From Candidatus Versatilivorator sp. (GTDB lineage Bacteria; Acidobacteriota; Terriglobia; Versatilivoradales; Versatilivoraceae), in assembly GCA_965262635.1 (NCBI GenBank), contig OZ253547.1, positions 2,257,598-2,321,597 on the forward strand: DNA of 64,000 nt, read 5' to 3'. The notes beneath the pieces are model-generated. The model had not been told where the DNA came from and did no database searches. It worked only from the letters and a program-made list of their open reading frames with translations. The translations under genes were made by a program, and so were the position numbers. This document shows positions 21,587 through 31,123 of this stretch, one piece after another (within the stretch, counting starts at the first letter, position 1; each line of letters starts with the position of its first letter).

Positions 21587-21973
21587 ATGATAGACGATCC
21601 CCTCCTCAGGTGCGCATTTGAAGCCGCCCGGGACAAAAAGGCGCTCGAGCTCATGGTTCTCGATCTCAGGGAGATGGCCGCCTTTACCGATCACTTCATC
21701 ATTTGCTCGGGCAGTTCGGCCCCCCAGATCCAGGCGATCTCCAACGAGATCGAAATCAGACTGAGGAGAATGGGGAAATCACCCGACCATATCGAGGGTT
21801 ACCGGCAGGCACAGTGGATCCTGATGGACTATTCGGAGTTCGTAGTCCACATTTTTTCCCCAAACAGCCGGTCCTATTACAACCTGGAACGCTTGTGGCG
21901 CGGCGCCAGCAGAATTGACGGTCCCAACCCTTCTGTGACAGCACCCCCTTGTTCGGTACCGGAACCGTCCTGA
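21587..21973 (+). CDS. rsfS: Ribosome silencing factor
   Basis: DKKA, WILMDY, VHIF, YYNLERLW. Confidence 0.94.
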   Translation: MIDDPLLRCAFEAARDKKALELMVLDLREMAAFTDHFIICSGSSAPQIQAISNEIEIRLRRMGKSPDHIEGYRQAQWILMDYSEFVVHIFSPNSRSYYNLERLWRGASRIDGPNPSVTAPPCSVPEPS

Positions 21974-22009
21974 CCGCTGAGCCACCTCCCGGGAGCTTCC
22001 GGATCCTAG

Positions 22010-22288
22010 CCCGCATTTCTCACCGGGTCGCTGGAACCATGATGAAAGACGGTTTATTTTCAGCAACTTGTCGGTCCGATTGGGATGTCTTGCGGTTACA
22101 CACGGTGCTGGGCGCGCTCTGGCTTGTTCTTTTCCCCTCAGCGCGCACATGCTCCCTCAGCGCGCACATGCTCCCTCAGCGCGCACATGCTCCCTCGAAC
22201 GTAGTCCCCGCTACGCTCTTCGCTCGCGAGCACGCGCTGAGGGAAAAATTCCTGCGCCATCGTCACGCCCCCCGGTGAGAAATGCGGG
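22010..22288. mobile_element. MITE family A copy 2 (279 bp, internal 19-bp triplication)
   Basis: Both TIRs present; flanks CTAG and CTTC; CCCTCAGCGCGCACATGCT repeated 3 times at 22135-22191. Confidence 0.88.
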
Positions 22289-22297
22289 CTTCGACCC

Positions 22298-22759
22298 ATG
22301 AAACTGATGTTGCGGTGGATCGGGAAGACCAGAAATCCCCACCTGGCGGCACTGATTGGCGACTACCTGGCTCGTATTGGTGGCTTGGCGGATCTGACAC
22401 TGTCCGAGGTCAAGGCCGTTGAGTTTCAGGATGCGGCCCGGACGGTGGCCGCCGAGGGCCGCCAGTTGCTCAGAGGGCTCGGCCGGGATGACTTCCTGAT
22501 TGCCATGGATCCACAAGGTCAGCCGTTGAATTCGGAGAGCTTTGCCCAGGTCATCGCCGATCGGAGGGAACACTCCCTGAAGAGGATGGTATTCGTCCTG
22601 GGGGGACCCAACGGGTTGTCGCAGGTGGTCCGGAATCGCAGCCATCGAGTCATTTCCTTGTCTTCCATGACCTTCAGCCACGAGATCGCGCGCCTGGTCC
22701 TCCTGGAGCAGATATACCGGGCCTTCACCTTGGTCCACCGCATTCCCTATCACAAATAA
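22298..22759 (+). CDS. rlmH: 23S rRNA pseudouridine-1915 methyltransferase
   Basis: FVLGGPNG, SLSSMTFSHE, EQIYRA, PYHK. Confidence 0.95.
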   Translation: MKLMLRWIGKTRNPHLAALIGDYLARIGGLADLTLSEVKAVEFQDAARTVAAEGRQLLRGLGRDDFLIAMDPQGQPLNSESFAQVIADRREHSLKRMVFVLGGPNGLSQVVRNRSHRVISLSSMTFSHEIARLVLLEQIYRAFTLVHRIPYHK

Positions 22760-22868
22760 TTTGGGTGTTACCGCCTTTTTGGGTTAGTATTCCCGGTTTC
22801 GTTAACGCCGCTCCTGGCGGATTAGTGAGGGACTCATCACCTCGACCTTGCGTTCGAATTTCATCATC

Positions 22869-23240
22869 ATGGATACCAGAAGACGCGACCGCTTCAGAAA
22901 GAAGCTGCTGAAAAAGAAAGAAGAATTGCACCGGATGGTCTCCAAGACGGAACAATATGGCAGGGAGGTGGATGAAGACAGTTCCCAGGACGTTGCTGAC
23001 AAGGCGGCCAGTTCCTACACAAAGGAGTTTCTGTTCAGCCATAGCAGCAGTGAGCGCTCCATCATGCAACTGGTGGGCGAGGCCCTGGCCAGGGTTGACG
23101 ATGGCACATTCGGCGTGTGTGTCGCCTGCGAGAACAGCATTCAACCCAGAAGGCTGGAGGCGGTTCCTTGGACGCGATACTGCATTAGCTGCCAGGAAAA
23201 ACAGGAAGAAGGTCTTCTGGAGGAATCCCGCTTCTACTAA
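22869..23240 (+). CDS. DksA/TraR C4-type zinc finger protein
   Basis: DVADKA coiled coil, CVAC...RLEAVP...CISC. Confidence 0.9.
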   Translation: MDTRRRDRFRKKLLKKKEELHRMVSKTEQYGREVDEDSSQDVADKAASSYTKEFLFSHSSSERSIMQLVGEALARVDDGTFGVCVACENSIQPRRLEAVPWTRYCISCQEKQEEGLLEESRFY

Positions 23241-23309
23241 TCTATTAATCCCTCCCTCCCCGTTCGATCCATGGTTTGAAGCCCATCTCCGGGCGGTTGC
23301 GCCCCCCAG

Positions 23310-23550
23310 CCCGCATTTCTCACCAGGCCGCTGGATTCATAATGAAAGGCCAATTATTGTCAACAACTTGTTGGTCCGATGGTGATGGGTTGCGGTTACA
23401 CACGGTGCTGGGCGCGCCCTGGCTTGTCCTTTTCCCCTCAGCGCATCCATGCTCGCTCGACCATAGTGACCGCTACGCTCTTCGCTCACGAGCACGCGCT
23501 GAGGGAGAAATTCCTGCGCCATGATCACGCCCCCTGGTGAGAAATGCGGG
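23310..23550. mobile_element. MITE family A copy 3 (241 bp), inside the comF 5' end
   Basis: Both TIRs present; flanks CCAG and CTAT. Confidence 0.88.
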
Positions 23551-24291
23551 CTATTCGATTCCCTGGTTTCAGTTCTGTTTCCCGCCACTTGCGTGGTCTG
23601 CCAGTGCCCCGTGGAAGCCTTGGGCTGCGGGGTCGTTTGCCGGCCTTGCTGGCAGCGCGTTGGTCAGTTGGACGGATTTCTGTGCGACCTGTGTGGCTAC
23701 GCCTTTGCTTCCCGGAATTTGCCGGCCGGGACGATGCTGTGCGCAGCTTGCCGCAGAGGGTTCTTCAGCTTTGATTTCGCCAGATCCTACGGCAGGCTGG
23801 AGGATCCTCTCCAGGAGATCATCCACCAGTTCAAGTATGGCTCTCATCCCAGCCTGGCCCGGCCTCTGGCCCGCCTGCTCCACGCGCTTTGGGTCCAGGA
23901 CTGTCGGGATCTGGCTCCGGATATGATCCTGCCGGTACCTCTTCACAAGGCCCGGCAGAGGGAACGAGGCTTCAACCAAGCCTGGCTGCTGGCCCGGCAC
24001 CTGAGCCGCTGGACACACGTGCCTCTCCTGGACCGGGTTCTCGTCAGACATCGGTCCACCACAGCGCAGGCGGGGCTCTCCCGCAAACAGCGCCGCCGCA
24101 ACATCCAAGGCGCATTCAGAGTGGCGGATCGGGCGGCCATCCGCGGGCGGGCGATCCTGCTGGTCGACGATGTGTTCACTACCGGTGCCACCTTGAATGA
24201 ATGTGCTAGGATTCTAAGGAAACAGGGGGCACATCGAGTCGATGTCGTGACCATTGCGCGAGTCGTGGCCTGGTCAATCCAGCCTGTGTGA
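23521..24291 (+). CDS. comF: ComF family protein (zinc ribbon plus phosphoribosyltransferase); ATG lies within the MITE
   Basis: CxxC pairs, VPLH, RGFNQ, LVDDVFTTGAT. Confidence 0.9.
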   Translation: MITPPGEKCGLFDSLVSVLFPATCVVCQCPVEALGCGVVCRPCWQRVGQLDGFLCDLCGYAFASRNLPAGTMLCAACRRGFFSFDFARSYGRLEDPLQEIIHQFKYGSHPSLARPLARLLHALWVQDCRDLAPDMILPVPLHKARQRERGFNQAWLLARHLSRWTHVPLLDRVLVRHRSTTAQAGLSRKQRRRNIQGAFRVADRAAIRGRAILLVDDVFTTGATLNECARILRKQGAHRVDVVTIARVVAWSIQPV

Positions 24292-25364
24292 GCCTCATGG
24301 CACGGTTCAGTCCCATTGCCAATATCGCCGCAGCCTGTGGAATCTTGTGGGCCCTGTGGTGGGTTTCAACCGCGCGAGGAATCGGACCGGTTGCCCGGGC
24401 AGGCCCGGCTCCCCTCTCCAGTGAGACCGAAGTCCGGCAGGACCTGTTTTTCGGTCCCGACTATCTCCCCCTGCAGCTTGGCAACCGCTGGATCTACGAG
24501 CGGGAGGACAGCCGATTTCAGAGGACGACCCAAGTCAAGATTGAGATCATTGCCAGACCTATCCTGACCTGGACGACCTACTACGTCTTCAATCAACTTC
24601 CCTTTGTGCCGGGTCTGGAAGGCGAGCACAACCTGGTGGTTCGCTACAATCACGAGACTCGCCAGTTTCTCCGCTTGATTGCGCAGGATCAGGACCAGGA
24701 AGAAATTCCCCTGTTTCCCGTGGGGGAATCGGCCGACGCCATCGTTGACCAGTCTCCGGGTGACGACGGGCTTCCGGTGGCCAACCGTTTGAGCTACCTG
24801 ACCTGTCCCGATTGTGAGGCTTCAGGCCTGGAGATGATCTTCGACCGCGGTCTGGGCATTGTAGAGGTCGGCATCTTTTCCGACTGGGGGTCGGAGAGCT
24901 ACCGGCTGAAATCGGCGTCGGTCAACGGCCGCAATTTCGGCGAACCCATGCAGCCGAAGACCGAACCCGACCGACCGAGGTCCGAGGTCGTGTTCAGCCG
25001 GGCCGACCCCGTGCTGAGCCTGGAGCTCCGGAAGAAGCCCCAGGCGGTCGATCTGTTGTTGGTCGTCAAGAACCCGACCGACTACTTTCTGAGCTTCAAC
25101 TTCAACTCAAGCCAGACCTACGACTTTGTCGTCAGAGAAAAGCAAACGGGATTTGAAGTCTGGCGTTGGTCCAAAGGCTACTTCTTTTCGCCCGTGATCC
25201 GCAGCCATGCCCTGCTGCCTCAGAAAGAATGGAAGTTCAAGGAGGTTTGGAACTTGAAGGACAATGAACGCAATGACATCAGGCTGGGGGCCTACGAGGC
25301 CGTGGCCATTCTCACCTCCCAGATACCCCGTGAATCCTCGGCAGTGGAGATCCTACTGCCTTAG
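24288..25364 (+). CDS. Exported protein with C-terminal BsuPI (proteinase inhibitor)-like domain
   Basis: N-terminal hydrophobic segment; C-terminal V-K-N...F-N-S-S-Q-T-Y-D-F...VWRWS pattern. Confidence 0.6.
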   Translation: MSLMARFSPIANIAAACGILWALWWVSTARGIGPVARAGPAPLSSETEVRQDLFFGPDYLPLQLGNRWIYEREDSRFQRTTQVKIEIIARPILTWTTYYVFNQLPFVPGLEGEHNLVVRYNHETRQFLRLIAQDQDQEEIPLFPVGESADAIVDQSPGDDGLPVANRLSYLTCPDCEASGLEMIFDRGLGIVEVGIFSDWGSESYRLKSASVNGRNFGEPMQPKTEPDRPRSEVVFSRADPVLSLELRKKPQAVDLLLVVKNPTDYFLSFNFNSSQTYDFVVREKQTGFEVWRWSKGYFFSPVIRSHALLPQKEWKFKEVWNLKDNERNDIRLGAYEAVAILTSQIPRESSAVEILLP

Positions 25365-25792
25365 CCCGCATTTCCCACCCGGTTTCGCCGCACTCTCGAG
25401 AAGTCGTGGAGTCAACGCTTCCGAAATATAGTCCCCGGGCGAAAGCCCGGGGTGTGACTTAAGCCGCGCACCCGGCCCCAGCCCATGGAGTGCTCCGTAG
25501 CTCCCTCCCCGAGAACGCCATCCCGCCGGTTTAGCCCGCATTTCTCACCAGGGGGTTGCACTCTTCTCAAGAGTGTAACTTGGCGCAGGATTTTCCGCTT
25601 CAGCGCGTGCTCGTGACCGAAGGGCGTAGCCGGAACACCATTCGAGGGAGCATGTGCGCGCTGAAGCGGAAAAGACAAGTCAGGGCGCGCCCAGCACAGT
25701 CTGTACCCTGAAGACTCCAAACCAAGCGGCGCAAGATGTTAAAGACAAGTACTTTTCTGCCTTATGCTCAGCGTCCTGGTGAGAAATGCGGG
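25365..25792. mobile_element. MITE family A composite: extra left end plus REP-like DNA (25365-25530) and full copy 4 (25535-25792)
   Basis: TTAG at 25361, 25531 and 25793; TIRs start at 25365 (degenerate) and 25535 and end at 25792. Confidence 0.85.
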
Positions 25793-26146
25793 TTAGGGGA
25801 AGGTCCACAACAGATAGCCTGCCACCACCGTTCCCGCCACGGCTCCTCCGTAACAGAAAAGAGTGATGGCCGGGTTGAGATGCTTGATTTGCAGGCCGTC
25901 GTAGAGGGCGAAGCGAAATCGATGAGCCCAGTGAAAGAGCGACAGAAAACAGAGCAGAAACAGGCCCAGGCGGACCACCGGATGTTGAACCAGCCCCAGT
26001 GTTTTTTCATAGCTGGGTGGCTGCAGCCATCCCAGCGGGAAGGCCAACCCGTAAAGAAAGAGGAGAACGGGGACCAGAAAGGCGGCCGCTACACCTCCCG
26101 CGCTGAAGAGGGCCCAGAGAAGGGGTTCGTTGGATCGATTGGCCAT
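25793..26146 (-). CDS. frdD: Fumarate reductase subunit D
   Basis: RSNEPLLWALFSAGG, HWAHR; three transmembrane segments. Confidence 0.9.
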   Translation of the reverse strand: MANRSNEPLLWALFSAGGVAAAFLVPVLLFLYGLAFPLGWLQPPSYEKTLGLVQHPVVRLGLFLLCFLSLFHWAHRFRFALYDGLQIKHLNPAITLFCYGGAVAGTVVAGYLLWTFP

Positions 26147-26149
26147 GGA

Positions 26150-26575
26150 TCAACCCTGTCCTTGTCGCATGAGGAAAAGAATGACCAGCCCGGAAATCGC
26201 TAGCCAGGCCACGTAGTTGGGAGCGGCCACCAGCAGATCGGGGAGCCGTTTGCCTCGCCAGCGGACCACCATTGCCTTGGGAGTCAGGTTAAACCAGGTA
26301 ACGGCGTGAAAGAGAACAAAAAGAAAGCTGATGCCATTGAGTACCACCAGCAAAGGGTTCGTGAGCCAGTGCTGGAACTCCTGGTAGGGTTCAGGCCCTC
26401 CTCTTAAGGCATGAAGCTGCAACAGAAGAATCACCACATAGAAAGCCACAAAGACGCTGCTGAGTTCCCTGAGCATGAACTTCAGGTAAGGCCACTTCCG
26501 GCTCCACCAAAGGGTCGGGACCCGGGTTCGGTGCCATTTGGGATGGTATTGGCGGTAAGCCGTTGATGGCTTCAT
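26150..26575 (-). CDS. frdC: Fumarate reductase subunit C
   Basis: WW...[20 protein letters not shown]. Confidence 0.9.
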   Translation of the reverse strand: MKPSTAYRQYHPKWHRTRVPTLWWSRKWPYLKFMLRELSSVFVAFYVVILLLQLHALRGGPEPYQEFQHWLTNPLLVVLNGISFLFVLFHAVTWFNLTPKAMVVRWRGKRLPDLLVAAPNYVAWLAISGLVILFLMRQGQG

Positions 26576-27315
26576 TGCTTGCTCCAGGGCATCAGGAAGG
26601 ACTTGAACCAATCCTTGGTGGCGGCGAGCTTGTATTGCTGGATGGCTCCCGCAGGGTCCACGTTCTTGGGGCAGACCTCGGTGCACTCGCCCACGAAGGT
26701 ACACTCCCAAATCCCCTCATGTTGGGAAAGGGCGTCCAAACGCTCTTGCTCGCCCTGATCGCGAGAATCCAGGTTGTATCGCTGCGCCAGGGCAATGGCT
26801 GCCGGGCCGACGAATTGGGGGTCGATCGCATAAACCGGACAGGCGGCGTAGCAGAGCATGCAGTTGATGCACATGCTGAATTGCTTGTATGTGTCCAACT
26901 GTTCCGGGGTTTGCAGATACTCTCCCTCCGCGGGGGGAGGGGCATCCTTTCGGACGATCCAGGGTTTCACCGATTGCAGTTTTTCCAGAAAATCACTCAT
27001 TTCGATGACCAAGTCCCGAACGACCGGAAAATTCGGGAGCGGCTCCACCCGGATGGGTCCAGGGAGGTACTGGGACAGGAAGGTGGCGCAGGTCAGCTTG
27101 GGTTCGCCATTGACGTTCATACCGCAGCTCCCGCAGACCCCCATGCGGCAGGACCAGCGAAAGGAAAGGGAGCCATCCAGGCGGTCCTTGATGTAGTTCA
27201 AGGCGTCCAGCACCACCCAGTCCTTGCTGAAAGGGACCTCATAGGCTTGGAAGGTGGGCTCGTCCTCCTGCTCGGGTCGGTATCGAGTTACTTCGATGGT
27301 TATGGTTTCAGCCAT
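26572..27315 (-). CDS. frdB: Fumarate reductase iron-sulfur subunit
   Basis: [34 protein letters not shown]. Confidence 0.93.
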   Translation of the reverse strand: MAETITIEVTRYRPEQEDEPTFQAYEVPFSKDWVVLDALNYIKDRLDGSLSFRWSCRMGVCGSCGMNVNGEPKLTCATFLSQYLPGPIRVEPLPNFPVVRDLVIEMSDFLEKLQSVKPWIVRKDAPPPAEGEYLQTPEQLDTYKQFSMCINCMLCYAACPVYAIDPQFVGPAAIALAQRYNLDSRDQGEQERLDALSQHEGIWECTFVGECTEVCPKNVDPAGAIQQYKLAATKDWFKSFLMPWSKQ

Positions 27316-27419
27316 GTCTCCTCTAGCCTCATTGATTCCCTAAAGTCCATTCGTTCAGCAACAGTCCGGCTCGCTTGAGAAACGAAACGGGCAGCCGGGA
27401 CCTTTCAGACTGTCCGCCA

Positions 27420-29198
27420 TTACCCCCGAGGCGCTTCAGCCGCCGGCCGGCCGTAAACCCGTTCGCCCGGAGGCCAGCGGGTGATGGTGACCGGCAGGTA
27501 CTCGACCTTGGGTCGATCATCGGGGCGGTGGGAGACCAGGGAGTGGGCCAGAAACTCCTCATCGTCCCGTTGAGGGAAATCGATCCGCTGATGGGCTCCC
27601 CGGGATTCGGTTCGATGCAGGGCGCACTCGACCACGGCCTCGGCTACGTCCAACATGTATGAAAGCTCCAAGGCGGCCGTCAATTCGGTGTTGAAGGTGT
27701 GACTGCGGTCCTGGATGGCTACTTGGCGAAAACGTTCCTTCAGTTCGGCCACATGGGCTTGAGCCTCTTCCAGCAGTGCCCCTGTCCGGTAAATTCCGGC
27801 GCTCTTCTCCAGGGTTTTTTGCATTTCCGAGCGCAGGACCGCAATGGGTTCATTTCCGCCGGTCTTGCGGAGAAACTCCCGATCCAGGCGCTTCTTCTCA
27901 TCGGCCGCCTGGGCCTGAATGCTGGGGCTGAGAGGCTTTTCCTGCAAAGCGTATTCGGCGGCCGCCCGTCCCGCCCGGGCGCCGAAGACCAAAAGTTCGG
28001 TCAAGGAATTGGAGCCCAGACGGTTGGCTCCGTTGATGCTGACACAAGCCGCTTCACCGGCAGCGAACAGGCCCGCCATGGGGGTGGCTCCCAGGATGTC
28101 GGTGTGGACGCCGCCCATCATGTAGTGAACCACCGGCCGGACCGGAATCAGCTCGCTCACCGGGTCTATGTTCTCGTACTTGAGACAAAGTTCACGAACA
28201 AAGGGCAACTTGGTCTCGATGATCTTTTTGCCCAGGTGGGTGAGGTCGAGATGGACGTAGGGTCCATAGGGCCCCTCGAACGTGCGACCCTTTTCCAGCT
28301 CTTTCATGAAAGCCTGCGACAAGCGGTCGCGCGGACCCAGCTCCATGGACCGCAGCACCGGCTTGGGCTGAGGTGTCCCCAGATCGTAGTCCTGCAGGTA
28401 GCGGTATCCGTCCTTGTTGACCAGGAACCCGCCTTCGGCCCGGGAGGCTTCGGTAATCAGAATCCCCGTGAAGGGGAGACCCGTGGGATGGTATTGCACG
28501 AACTCCATGTCCTTCAGAGGCACTCCCGCGCGGTAGGCCAAGGACATGCCGTCGCCATTCTTGATGTTGGCATTGGTGGTGAAGGGGAACACCTTCCCGC
28601 AACCGCCGGTACAGATGATGACGGCCTTGGCGGTGATGGCCTGGACCTTTCCCGTCATCAGCTCAATGGCCACCACCCCTTGCACGCGGCCGTCGTCCAC
28701 CAGAAGCCTGGTGACGAACCATTCGTCGTATCGAGTGATGGATCTGTATTTCAGAGAGGTCTGAAAGAGCGCGTGAAGCATGTGAAAGCCGGTCTTGTCG
28801 GCGGCGAACCAGGTGCGTTCCTTCTTCATTCCGCCGAAGGGGCGAACGGCCACCCGCCCGTCGGGTTCCCGGCTCCAGGGGCAACCCCAATGCTCCAGTT
28901 GCAGCATCTCCCTTGGGGCCTCCCTGACGAAGACCTCCACGGCATCCTGGTCACACATCCAGTCCCCGCCCGAGATGGTGTCGTAGGCGTGTTCGTCCAG
29001 ACTGTCGCCTTCCTTGATGACGGCCGCACTACCGCCTTCCGCCGACACCGTGTGGCTCCTCATGGGATAGACCTTGGAGACCACCGCCACGCTCAGATCG
29101 GGGGACACCTCGGAAACGGCAATGGCGGCTCTCAGGCCTGCTCCTCCGCCACCCACCAACAGCACGTCATGGGAAGGCATTTCTGTCAAAAGAGTCAC
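27420..29198 (-). CDS. frdA: Fumarate reductase flavoprotein subunit
   Basis: [16 protein letters not shown] (covalent FAD His), [22 protein letters not shown]; start may be ATG 29180. Confidence 0.93.
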   Translation of the reverse strand: MTLLTEMPSHDVLLVGGGGAGLRAAIAVSEVSPDLSVAVVSKVYPMRSHTVSAEGGSAAVIKEGDSLDEHAYDTISGGDWMCDQDAVEVFVREAPREMLQLEHWGCPWSREPDGRVAVRPFGGMKKERTWFAADKTGFHMLHALFQTSLKYRSITRYDEWFVTRLLVDDGRVQGVVAIELMTGKVQAITAKAVIICTGGCGKVFPFTTNANIKNGDGMSLAYRAGVPLKDMEFVQYHPTGLPFTGILITEASRAEGGFLVNKDGYRYLQDYDLGTPQPKPVLRSMELGPRDRLSQAFMKELEKGRTFEGPYGPYVHLDLTHLGKKIIETKLPFVRELCLKYENIDPVSELIPVRPVVHYMMGGVHTDILGATPMAGLFAAGEAACVSINGANRLGSNSLTELLVFGARAGRAAAEYALQEKPLSPSIQAQAADEKKRLDREFLRKTGGNEPIAVLRSEMQKTLEKSAGIYRTGALLEEAQAHVAELKERFRQVAIQDRSHTFNTELTAALELSYMLDVAEAVVECALHRTESRGAHQRIDFPQRDDEEFLAHSLVSHRPDDRPKVEYLPVTITRWPPGERVYGRPAAEAPRG

Positions 29199-29489
29199 CT
29201 CGGTCTGAAGCGGATTGCGTGAGGGCTTGGCAGGAAGGTTGGGACATCGCAGGACGCACCAGCCAGGACAGCGCTGGAGAGGTTACCCTAAGCCTTCCCG
29301 CAGAATCAAGAGCGGATTGGGGAAAGGGGAAAGACTGCAGTGGTTGGTGGCTAGTGGCGATGAGTGGTGCCTGCATAATGCATGTCCAAGACTTTCGGCA
29401 GAAGGTACGCCATGCCGCCTGCCGGAAGCCCTCGAGCGCGCGCACGACGCCGCCAACGCGCCGCTGATACTCACTTACGGGGCGCCGTG

Positions 29490-29725
29490 TCCCCCCCCTC
29501 CGGCTCGACAGCGGGCTTCGCCCTCTCGCCGACTCCCCCTCCAGGGGGGAGTGATTCTTGAGGCCTGCACAAGGTTCCTTGCCCGATACCTGGGCAAGGT
29601 GTAAACCATGTTCCCGGTCCAATGTGTAAATGATGTCCCCGGTTTGTACCGCGGGTATCACTCCCCCCTGGAGGGGGAGTCGCAGAAGCCGAGCCGCCAG
29701 GCGAAGGCTGATGCGGTGGGGGGTG
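29490..29725. repeat. Two palindromic REP-like units flanking an IS481-like end
   Basis: Same two units as 17433-17659 in the opposite relative orientation; TGTAAA-x-x-ATGT-x-CCCGGT twice at 29600 and 29625. Confidence 0.7.
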
Positions 29726-29786
29726 GACGCCGGCAATTGTAGGGTGTGACATCCCGCTCTTCGTGGATATCTCTTTTGCTCGCTCG

Positions 29787-30266
29787 CTAGCAGCAGCCGC
29801 TCAACCATCGGGCCAGCGCCTTGTCGGGATCCGCCGGTTCCTCAATCGAGGTATACCAACTGGCTTCCCAACCGTTTTCCGGAAGACCGGTGAACACCAT
29901 CAGGTTGAGGCGATAGCCTTCACTGTCGGTGCAACGCCGGAAATCGTCCCGGAACAGAAACACCGGCTTTTCTCAGGCGATTGCCATACCCAACTCCACC
30001 ATCACGCCCTCGTCCGGGGGACAGCCGTTGACGACTGCAAACAACCCATCCGCCTCCCGCACGTCACGAAGGTCAGCCTGACCGATCCGGTAGGCCCAGT
30101 TCGGACTGGTGCGGTCGATCTGGTTGTTGCGGGCGAAGGGCTCCCACACCTGGGCGCCCTTCGATTCCAGGGTCGCAACCAGTTCCTGCAGCGGCCCCTG
30201 GCGCTGCTGCACCGAGAAGCCGTAGGGATTGGCCAGATACAGAGCCTTTTGGGTCGTCTTGTTCAT
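29787..30266 (-). pseudogene. Nucleoside 2-deoxyribosyltransferase-like gene with in-frame TGA at 29973-29975
   Basis: YLANPYGFS...D...PDEGVMVELG; the frame continues past TGA as EKPVFLFRDDFRRCTDSEGYRLNLMVF to TAG at 29787. Confidence 0.8.
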
Positions 30267-31123
30267 TCAAGCAATCCTCCCGACTCCAGCCCGCTGCCGG
30301 AGACGCCTTGCAGGAAGGCGTCGATCTTCTTCCAGTAGGATTGCCCCCCCACACCGGACACATCGTTATGGGCAGCGCCCGGAACCAGCAGCCAATCTTT
30401 GGGTTCCGGGGCCGCCTCGAAGAGCGCCCGGCCCAAGGGGAGAGGGACGGTCCTGTCCCGGTCGCCGTGAATGGCCAGCAGGGGGCAGGCGACGCCCCTG
30501 ATCTTGAGCAGAGAATCGAAGCGGTCTTTCATCAACAGACCCACAGGCAGAAAAGGATACCTGGATCTGCCCACATCCACCGCGGAAGAAAAACCCGATT
30601 GAATGATGAGTCCGGCCGGCGTGACTCGAGTCGCCATCTCCACCGCGACTCCGGACCCCAGCGATTCTCCAAAGTACGCCAGTTTTTGATCCGACTCTCT
30701 GCCGAGCCAGTCCAAGGCCGCCTGTGCGTCCCGGTAAAGACCTGTCTCGGTGGGAGTTCCCGGGTTGCCTCCGTATCCCCGGTAATCCAGGAGCAAGAGG
30801 CCGTAGCCCAGACGGTGAAAGTCCCGGGCCCAGTCGAGGCGATCTGCTCGATTGCCGCCGTTGCCACCAAAATAGACCAGGGTGAGCGGCTTTTCTCCCG
30901 GCCAGTACCAACTCAGCGACCGGATGCCGTCCTCCGATACCAGTTCGACCGTTTGGAGCCCCAGGAATTCCTGGCCCTGGGGCAGGGGAACCGGGTCGGC
31001 GTCGGGAAAATACTGGAGTTTCCGCTGGAGAAGGTAGACGACTCCAACCACGACGGCATAGATCACCAACAAGCCTATCAGGAGTCGCCAGAGCAGGAAG
31101 AGGGTGTGGAGGGAGGTGGCCAT
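30263..31123 (-). CDS. Membrane-anchored alpha/beta hydrolase
   Basis: N-terminal TM, DYRGYG, GESLG, HGDRD, GAAHND. Confidence 0.88.
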   Translation of the reverse strand: MATSLHTLFLLWRLLIGLLVIYAVVVGVVYLLQRKLQYFPDADPVPLPQGQEFLGLQTVELVSEDGIRSLSWYWPGEKPLTLVYFGGNGGNRADRLDWARDFHRLGYGLLLLDYRGYGGNPGTPTETGLYRDAQAALDWLGRESDQKLAYFGESLGSGVAVEMATRVTPAGLIIQSGFSSAVDVGRSRYPFLPVGLLMKDRFDSLLKIRGVACPLLAIHGDRDRTVPLPLGRALFEAAPEPKDWLLVPGAAHNDVSGVGGQSYWKKIDAFLQGVSGSGLESGGLLE

